A DNA stretch of 21,163 nt from a virus (lineage: Duplodnaviria > Heunggongvirae > Uroviricota > Caudoviricetes), in the IMG/VR virus record IMGVR_UViG_3300028486_000080, positions 144,199 through 165,361 of that record; one strand, written 5' to 3'. Positions within the stretch are counted from its first letter, which is position 1. Each line of letters opens with the position of its first letter. The notes under the pieces were generated by a model, which had not been told where the DNA came from, did not search any database, and saw nothing but the letters and a program-made list of their open reading frames with translations. Position numbers and translations under genes: made by a program. Below are positions 1 to 7,381 of this stretch, piece after piece.

Positions 1-31
1 TAACGGGATCAGAAAATGACCATTTTACCAT
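1..31 (-). CDS. Probable 5' end of the next tail gene (MVKWSFSDPV...), truncated by the window edge
   Basis: ATG at 31-29 overlaps the stop of the 25..3729 gene (ctATGgTAA), like the overlap at 3722-3729. A GAGGG lies about 8 nt upstream and the frame is open to base 1. Only 10 codons are visible. Confidence 0.35.
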   Translation of the reverse strand, partial: MVKWSFSDPV

Positions 32-3000
32 AGCCGTTGCCCTCGACGCGGAACCGAATAGTCACCAGGAGACCAACGCATAACAACGCGACGTGTCACA
101 CGAACACCCTTACGATCCAAAAATGGATCGTTATTGACGTCAATGATGCCGTTTATCAGGACAACGTTGATATCCATCGTATCCTTATCAAAACCGAATT
201 CGTCCTGAAGAAGAGCGTCGTAGTTTATCGCCCATACAGCTTCGTTATTATTATCCAACGCAGCGGAGGCGTTGACAGAACCGATGATGTATGTACCCTC
301 ATACGGGTCATCCCATAGAGAGTCGAATAGTGTTTCATCGTATGGGGCGTTTAGGAAGTAAGCCTCAATACTATCGTTGCGCGCAACAGTCTCTTCATCG
401 AGCGTATCCGTAAAGCTGTAGAATGGTAGACGCGTGCCCAACAGAAGGCGTACGTCTCCAAAAGTATCCCAGCGATGGACGTTATGTGCCCCCTGCCCGA
501 GTAGTGGATAAGGGTCAAGCTGCACATCGAAGCGCTTGCTAGTATTGTTTGTTCCTGTCCCTCCCATCTTGAATGAAGGTTCTCTATTATCGGCGTGATA
601 CTCTTTGGAAATGACACGTTGTGATACCAAGGTCGGCTGATATGGAAGAACAATCTCACCAGCGGCGTGATGCATGGCATGGTCAGAACCATACCGCGCG
701 CGGAACAGCCCAGAAAACGTGACAGTCTTACCATCCATAGCGACAGATGCGTTCTGAAACTGTAGCCACTCTCTATCCACAAGGATCAGGTTTCTATGAT
801 GGTCCGCGTAAAGCTCCTCCAATGTGGCGTTACTAAAGTATCCAGCCACATCGCGGCAGAACAGCACGTCAATAGAGACGTTTTGTGTGGTGAAAGCTGC
901 GATAGTAAAAGGGGGGATGGTAAGCAGTCTGCCCCACAACACGCTACCCGGTAGCGACTCTGCGAACAGCGTCGTGCCTCCCGCAACTACACCGATGGTA
1001 TCTGTGGTATCAAACTCATGAACAACATCGGTCAGACCAGATAGAACAGTCGAGGTGAATACGTTGAAATCCGGCTGCATGACATGCACCGACAAGGGGA
1101 ACGGAGAATCACTAGGAACCTCGCGGTCGAAGTCATCAACGTTGTCTCCTTCAATTCCTGAAAGAGCCGCCTGTTCGCTGTACTTACCGACCGAATCAAC
1201 ATTCATCTGCACTTCGAGTGAAAAATCGGCACCAATGTCGATCTGCTTGATGCGCATGCCTCCGTTCACCGTCGTCAGGTCGGTGGGCGTGGCTGCCAAA
1301 TACTTGGACGGGATTCTGATGCGAGCGGAAGCTTCCGCATCCTCCAGCCCTTTGATGGCGAGGAATTCTGCTAGTTGAGCCATAGATGTGTCATCGGCGG
1401 TAAGGGTAAAAGTAAAGGTTGATAGGGTTGGTTGGTTAACAACTTCATCAGGAAGTTGGAAGGATTGTGACCACGGTTCGCCGTCGAGCGACACACTAAT
1501 ATAGTTAATAGTCACCGTCTTGGCAAGGTTTTCTTCCGAGCTTTTCTCGAACGAGAACGGCTTCTCTAGATCGTTAATATTAACGTTTATCGTTGATGCG
1601 GTCTGACTCATCAGGAACTCAATGCGATTGTCCACGTAAGAACGGAACTGGAACGCAGTTTCCAGGTCAGTAATGATGTCAGCGCCCTTGAGGTAGCTAC
1701 CTGATCGGTAACCGACAACGGGGGTGCCAGACAACCCTACAGCGTTAATCTCGTCTAGACGCAGCCCTGAGCGCTTCGCTAGGTCTGCCACGATATCCCC
1801 TAAGGCTTCCTCGTTTGCCTCCACACGGGACGCATAAGCGCGTACAACGACATCTGCCGTGGACACATATGTGATCGAATTCGCCTTGAAGTCGTAGAAC
1901 TGTGCCGTGGTGCTCTTAGGGGCATGCGTAGCGTTCTCAAGGGAGTGGATAACCCCCGTGGCAACATCCAGACTATAGATCACGGCGTCGGTTCCAACGA
2001 ACACGATAGAAGAGAACGCTCCAGCACGTACATCCACACTTCCTGGCAGATTGCCAAATGAAGTTGTCCACGTTACGCCACTAGCAGGGCTCCATCCAAT
2101 AATGCGGTCGTCCAAAAATATAATTAGGGAGCTAGGGCTGATGCAAGACACAACGCTGAGGATAGCTGTGGCACCACCTACAGGTATGATTGTCTCAGAA
2201 GGCGCCCAACGGGTCTCTAATGGGTTGGTTCCGCTGACCATATATTCATTGATTATGAGGTTTGTCCCATCCAGTTTGCTCAGGAACAAACTATTCACAA
2301 CCTCAGAAACATCCTCATCAGAACCGATGTAAGCCCCGAATGTCGCGAACTCGCCTGACTCGCTTATAGTTTGGATTTCTTCCAGCGCTGCGGTGAGTTC
2401 ATTTAGTAGATAGACCTTACAAGTGGCTCCCATAGAAACGAGGTAGCTAGCTTGATAATTGTAATCATCCAGCATATAGACTACGGCAAAGTCGTTACGA
2501 GCATCTTCGACCGTCGTCAACAACGTCCCGCTGTTGAAGTCATGTACGCCGATATCTGTGCCGTCGCTTGTGACAGCTAAAGGTAGTTCCGATAGAGCCA
2601 CGACTCCACTCAATGCAACATCGATAACTTCAGTAAGGCTGTCGTAGTCCAGCGCCTTTATATTAGCGCCATCAGTGATGAACACGCGACGAGAGGCAAC
2701 ATCGACCTTGAATAGCTGGTAGTCAGCATACTCTTCGCTCTCCAGGGCAGGTTGATCATCAGATACAGAGCGAGCAACTTCCACCTTCCACTGAGGGAAG
2801 CCATTAAGCGTGTTCAAATCGATGTTGGTGACATACATGCCCGCCATATCTCTGTACGCCGGGACACGACCGAACCCCTCCACGTGTGCAACATCAGCAA
2901 CCACCTTCTGTGCCGGGCTGCCCTTATAAAAGCTGATTGACACACCAGGAGGTATCTCGACTGTTGTAGTTGTCTTGTCGTAGATCAGAACGCTGTCAAG

Positions 3001-3729
3001 CCATATACGAGACACGCCATCGATCATCCCGGCGCATAGGGCGAGGTGTAGATCAATGTAAGTCGCGATTGTATAATAAGTCGTTCTAACGAGGGTCTTC
3101 CCTTCGTAAGACACGACAGTGTTCTTAGACTGCGTTTCTCTAGGTTCGCTAAGCCACACAACATTGCCAGGAAGGTAGGTTTTTCCATACACCAATTCGA
3201 TGGGTATACCATACTGAGAATTGGTAACAGCCAAGTCAACACCGCGCGCGTCCTTGAGAACATCACGTACAGTAATAGGGTCTCCAGCCGGTTTTGGGTT
3301 AGTTCCACCAAAACCTCCTGGGTTCAAATTAGGTCCAGGACATTTCAACTGCTTGCAGTAGCAATTCGCGGTATTCACCTCACCGTCTAATTGAAAAGCA
3401 GCGTTCCCCATGCAGATATAGTAGGCACCTTGGCATGATAGAGAACACCGTAGCTGCATAACCGGGCGATTGCTTTCTGGCGGCGGGCATCCGTTATGGC
3501 ATGCATCTAACTGATTTTGACATTGCTCAGATAGATTCTCATCAAGGTCTTTTAGGTCTTGCTCATGCTGCTCAAGGCAACGTTTTTTCGCCTCCTCGCC
3601 ACGCGGGAAAGCATCTGGCGAGTAGTCTCCACTAAGATCAAGGTTGGTAGGTCCAGGATCATTGTTGCAGTTCGGTCCTGTACCGGCGCTTGTGCATCCG
3701 TTATATGCCTCTGGTTTGCAGTTAGCCAT
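25..3729 (-). CDS. Tail tip / central fibre protein (lambda J-like, GTA-type host-specificity family), paralog 2, with Cys-rich N-terminal domain
   Basis: 1234-aa ORF. Carries family motifs YGIPIELVYG..GNVVW, ALCAGMIDGVSRIWLD..LIYD, PAYRD and NLILVDREWLQF...FSGLFRARYGS. Lies downstream of the tape measure. Start overlaps the upstream stop by 8 nt. Confidence 0.85.
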   Translation of the reverse strand: MANCKPEAYNGCTSAGTGPNCNNDPGPTNLDLSGDYSPDAFPRGEEAKKRCLEQHEQDLKDLDENLSEQCQNQLDACHNGCPPPESNRPVMQLRCSLSCQGAYYICMGNAAFQLDGEVNTANCYCKQLKCPGPNLNPGGFGGTNPKPAGDPITVRDVLKDARGVDLAVTNSQYGIPIELVYGKTYLPGNVVWLSEPRETQSKNTVVSYEGKTLVRTTYYTIATYIDLHLALCAGMIDGVSRIWLDSVLIYDKTTTTVEIPPGVSISFYKGSPAQKVVADVAHVEGFGRVPAYRDMAGMYVTNIDLNTLNGFPQWKVEVARSVSDDQPALESEEYADYQLFKVDVASRRVFITDGANIKALDYDSLTEVIDVALSGVVALSELPLAVTSDGTDIGVHDFNSGTLLTTVEDARNDFAVVYMLDDYNYQASYLVSMGATCKVYLLNELTAALEEIQTISESGEFATFGAYIGSDEDVSEVVNSLFLSKLDGTNLIINEYMVSGTNPLETRWAPSETIIPVGGATAILSVVSCISPSSLIIFLDDRIIGWSPASGVTWTTSFGNLPGSVDVRAGAFSSIVFVGTDAVIYSLDVATGVIHSLENATHAPKSTTAQFYDFKANSITYVSTADVVVRAYASRVEANEEALGDIVADLAKRSGLRLDEINAVGLSGTPVVGYRSGSYLKGADIITDLETAFQFRSYVDNRIEFLMSQTASTINVNINDLEKPFSFEKSSEENLAKTVTINYISVSLDGEPWSQSFQLPDEVVNQPTLSTFTFTLTADDTSMAQLAEFLAIKGLEDAEASARIRIPSKYLAATPTDLTTVNGGMRIKQIDIGADFSLEVQMNVDSVGKYSEQAALSGIEGDNVDDFDREVPSDSPFPLSVHVMQPDFNVFTSTVLSGLTDVVHEFDTTDTIGVVAGGTTLFAESLPGSVLWGRLLTIPPFTIAAFTTQNVSIDVLFCRDVAGYFSNATLEELYADHHRNLILVDREWLQFQNASVAMDGKTVTFSGLFRARYGSDHAMHHAAGEIVLPYQPTLVSQRVISKEYHADNREPSFKMGGTGTNNTSKRFDVQLDPYPLLGQGAHNVHRWDTFGDVRLLLGTRLPFYSFTDTLDEETVARNDSIEAYFLNAPYDETLFDSLWDDPYEGTYIIGSVNASAALDNNNEAVWAINYDALLQDEFGFDKDTMDINVVLINGIIDVNNDPFLDRKGVRVTRRVVMRWSPGDYSVPRRGQRLW

Positions 3730-6700
3730 TGTTCACTCGCAGTCCTGATCGGAATCGATCATAATTGGCGCCACCAGGGAAATACCACCCTACTACAGGT
3801 CCATCCGCTTTCTCCGGTAGGTTGATTTCTACCGCCGTAAAGGTTGCAAAGTGGAAGTCCCCATCCAAGGTAAATCCCGCATCTTCGAGTTCATTAAGCT
3901 CATAGCGCCGCCCAAATTCTCCATCCTGCCCAGTGTAATAGAGCATGTAAGCAATATAGTCGTTTGTGTTGACCACAGGCTCAAACGGAGTTGTCTCAAA
4001 TCCTCCTTCGGCAAATTTTGTCTCGAATAGTGCGGCATCGAATGGCGCCTTTAGGACGCAAATACCGACAGGTGGCTCTGGTGTTGGGAACTGTGAGTTA
4101 TTTCTGAATGTGGAGGTGAACGGCTGTGCCCCCGGAATTCGGATCAGAACACCCTCATCGTCCATCCCGTTTGGGCTCTTTTTGATCCACATACCACCAT
4201 GCTCCCACACATCATCAAGGAAGGAGTCAAAGGCAGTATTAATGGAACGGCTAAGTCCACCATTAGAGGCTACTACACTGATGTTCGTTGATTCTACGGG
4301 GATATCCCCGATCAACACACTATCGGTGTCGTATATGACGCACACTTCTCCTGGCACATGGGAGTTAGTGTGGTGAACTGTGCCAAAGCGCCCGCGGACA
4401 AGCCCTCGGAAAGATACTGTCTTTCCATCAATGTCTACCTCAGCAGACGTGTATTGCATAATCTCATCGCCAACAAATAACATGTTGACTCTTTCACCAG
4501 CACGTAGTTGATCAACTGTCTTATTCTGAACACGCCCTTCTACGTTTTTGTAGAACTCGATAACCAACACACTATCATAATCAGTGGTGTATGGGCGCGT
4601 CGTGTAGTTGGGCGCGGACACGAGTCGTCCGATAGCAAGCTCCTTCGAGGGTTCCCCGACAAGAAGAAAAGGAGCTACTGTATAAGTCTCCCCAACACCA
4701 CGGACGTAAACACTTGCCGGTTCGAACTCTGTATCGTCTGGGTTGGTGAGCCCTATATAAACTTGGTCACTTGAAAGCCCATTAGCGGTTGGTGGCAACT
4801 TGAGGAGCATAGGGAACACCCGAAGCGGGTACTTATTATCGTAAACCGTTGGGTCATTACCGGGAGTGGAAGAGATTCCATCCAAGCCAGGATCATCCGT
4901 ATAGATGTCTTGCGCGTCTATGTTACTCTCAACCTGCCCAATATAGCTCGACGACAGCGTTATTTCCGTAACCAACGCGTCTCCAAACAGATAATCTCCA
5001 GGTTCCAGAGTCAACAAGGAAGGAGCGGCTGTTAGTTCTACTGTTGACTGTCTCTGCAAGCGGCGAATAAGTTGCCGTTCCGCAGATCGACGGGCGATAA
5101 GAGGGGTAGTATTGATCGGAATTACAAACGTCTCATCCTCGATATTAGCGACGTAATCATCAAAGCCTGCTAGCACGTCGCGTCGCACGACCTGGGTGTC
5201 CTGTCCGCTATCCCCACCGAAGTAAGTGATGGCGATACCGGTAAGATCATCAGGAACTTGTCCACGGGTCTCAACCACATCGAGGGTTTCGCGAGCAACA
5301 TCGACAGCAACAATGTTGCTACCACTGATCGGAGCTATCTTGATCTCGTTGCCGTTGTTTATGGTCGTCAGGTTGAAGAACGTCTTGAGTTCAGTTAGTG
5401 CATCGACCGCCTTATCCTGATCCAACAAGAGATAACCTCCGAACACGACGTTCGATAAACTTGGCGCCTTGATGCTGGTATCCATATATTCCAAGACTTG
5501 ACGCAGATTTGCACCATTGTCTTGGCGCACATCTGGGTACAGCTTGCAGACTTCCCCATCATCTGTTGTATAGATGATGTTGCCGCGCTGACCGTCGTAG
5601 AACTGCGCTAGCGGAGTGGAAGCGTCAGGGGCATTTAGCATATCCCCTAGGGTCGTAACGACGCCTGTCTCTAGGTTCATGGTGTAAATAGCCCCGTCAG
5701 CGATGTAGTCGTAGCGCTTAAATCCTTGGAAAAAGCGTGCACCACTGACGTTTGGAGTATAGGCTGGAGTGCTAGATACCCATAGAGTCTCAATATTACC
5801 CCCCGCCAGTCGCAACTGGCGCACGACAATGTTGCCAGCTTCTTCGGTCCAAACAACGATAGAGCCGTTTGCTTTATAGACCATGGCGTCAAGGTAATTC
5901 CCAGTGAATGGGAAGACGTAATTAGTGTTTGGATTTGTGAAGTCGCCAACAATAAACTTTAGCTGACCTGTCTCCTCAGCGATGGCTACAAACTTGTTAT
6001 CCGCTTCGGTGTTCTCACCATAAGAGAAGTTATCAGCTAGTGAGGCAACAAGCGTTCCCGTGGTCACCGCGGAGAAGCTATCAGATTCCTCTAAAGTAAG
6101 TGTATCAACGATCCAGTCAACGACGGTAATATCATCGCCCCGAGCGAGGACGATCTTAGTAACACCATTTATGGTGATGGTGGACATGAATCCACCATCC
6201 GTCTCAAGAGCCATAGTGGCGGACTCTTGACGCACTCTGCCGGATACCACTTTTATGGTATCGTCATCAGGCTTCAGCAGAAAGTCTCCCTGATCGGTGA
6301 TTTGCGCACCAATGACATTATCCACCTCAGTTACGATAGTGGAAGACATATCTAGGAGATCAACCCAGTTACCATCAGAAACAACAACCTGAAGCGCTGT
6401 GGGATCGACACCAAATACACTGGGAGATACCACATCTAAATCGGTGGACTCAAAAACGCGCACACTGGTGTCAATGTCATTCATCACCTCGACGGTAACC
6501 GCAGGCAGGTTTGCGTCGCTGAACGTCAGCGGATAATTGTTGAACAGTAGGTAGCACATGTCTCGGTAAGCAGGAGTTCTACCAAAACCATCGTTCCCAG
6601 ACATAGTTGGGTTGACGCGCTGCGCATCATTACCCTTCCAAATATCCACAGTGAAGCCTAAATCGTATAGCTCCTGATTGTTGACCGCTATCGATGGGTC

Positions 6701-7375
6701 AAGCTCCCCAGAGGTGTTATTGTAGACCAAAACATCATTGAGCCAGATACGGGCAATAGCTCCGATCTCACCAACACATACCCCTACCATGAAGTCGCAT
6801 GTACCAATTTCTTCTTGTGTCACGGTCACAGTGTTTCCAGCCACAACCCGCGTTGTTTTAGTGGTTATGCGTGCGTCTCCTAGCCAGCAGATATTACCGG
6901 CAACGCTGATCGTGCCGAAGATTTTGGGCAACGGCAGTCCATAGTCGGAGTGTGGAACGGAAATTTGCGGCAGGGTCTTCTGGGTTACCGTTTCCGTCGT
7001 AACATCTGGATCATTGCTTGGCGGAGCTTCCTCTTCTGGGGGCTCCGGTAGACACGTAGTACACACATTTCCAGCAAGACCACCGCAGAAGCACCGGCTC
7101 GGCAATGACATGTCAAGATTATAAAGACAATTGGCGTAACTTGCAGGAGTTGACGCCGCCTGTTCTATTTCACCACCGCACGGGTTGTATGTTGGGAATA
7201 CGTTAAGTCCAGCGTGGATGTTCCCAAAACACACCGCAAATTCGCCTAGGTGATATAGTTTGGCATTCTCTAGACAGTCCTTCTGCCGAGGTTCCGCATC
7301 TTCATAGACTTTTTGCCGACATTTTGGTCCGATCACGAGTTCTTTCGTGCAGACCACGTTGCTGAAACCTGCCAT
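3722..7375 (-). CDS. Tail tip / central fibre protein (lambda J-like, GTA-type host-specificity family), paralog 1, with Cys-rich N-terminal domain
   Basis: 1217-aa ORF. Carries motifs YGLPLPKIFG..AGNICW, GVCVGEIGAIARIWLND.LVY, PAYRD and NMLFVGDEIMQY...FRGLVRGRFGT. RBS GGAGGGAG upstream. Starts 6 nt after the tape measure stop. Confidence 0.85.
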   Translation of the reverse strand: MAGFSNVVCTKELVIGPKCRQKVYEDAEPRQKDCLENAKLYHLGEFAVCFGNIHAGLNVFPTYNPCGGEIEQAASTPASYANCLYNLDMSLPSRCFCGGLAGNVCTTCLPEPPEEEAPPSNDPDVTTETVTQKTLPQISVPHSDYGLPLPKIFGTISVAGNICWLGDARITTKTTRVVAGNTVTVTQEEIGTCDFMVGVCVGEIGAIARIWLNDVLVYNNTSGELDPSIAVNNQELYDLGFTVDIWKGNDAQRVNPTMSGNDGFGRTPAYRDMCYLLFNNYPLTFSDANLPAVTVEVMNDIDTSVRVFESTDLDVVSPSVFGVDPTALQVVVSDGNWVDLLDMSSTIVTEVDNVIGAQITDQGDFLLKPDDDTIKVVSGRVRQESATMALETDGGFMSTITINGVTKIVLARGDDITVVDWIVDTLTLEESDSFSAVTTGTLVASLADNFSYGENTEADNKFVAIAEETGQLKFIVGDFTNPNTNYVFPFTGNYLDAMVYKANGSIVVWTEEAGNIVVRQLRLAGGNIETLWVSSTPAYTPNVSGARFFQGFKRYDYIADGAIYTMNLETGVVTTLGDMLNAPDASTPLAQFYDGQRGNIIYTTDDGEVCKLYPDVRQDNGANLRQVLEYMDTSIKAPSLSNVVFGGYLLLDQDKAVDALTELKTFFNLTTINNGNEIKIAPISGSNIVAVDVARETLDVVETRGQVPDDLTGIAITYFGGDSGQDTQVVRRDVLAGFDDYVANIEDETFVIPINTTPLIARRSAERQLIRRLQRQSTVELTAAPSLLTLEPGDYLFGDALVTEITLSSSYIGQVESNIDAQDIYTDDPGLDGISSTPGNDPTVYDNKYPLRVFPMLLKLPPTANGLSSDQVYIGLTNPDDTEFEPASVYVRGVGETYTVAPFLLVGEPSKELAIGRLVSAPNYTTRPYTTDYDSVLVIEFYKNVEGRVQNKTVDQLRAGERVNMLFVGDEIMQYTSAEVDIDGKTVSFRGLVRGRFGTVHHTNSHVPGEVCVIYDTDSVLIGDIPVESTNISVVASNGGLSRSINTAFDSFLDDVWEHGGMWIKKSPNGMDDEGVLIRIPGAQPFTSTFRNNSQFPTPEPPVGICVLKAPFDAALFETKFAEGGFETTPFEPVVNTNDYIAYMLYYTGQDGEFGRRYELNELEDAGFTLDGDFHFATFTAVEINLPEKADGPVVGWYFPGGANYDRFRSGLRVNNG

Positions 7376-7381
7376 CGGGGA

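Noticed and set aside
9-23. ATG immediately after the tip gene stop (MVIF*)
   Set aside because: It closes after four codons; the overlapping ATG at 31 gives an open frame instead.
7180-7232. Resemblance of CFGNIHAGLNVFP to the C...F.N..NF.GFP end of DUF2163/gpL hub proteins
   Set aside because: Too short and gapped to support by eye; needs a profile search.
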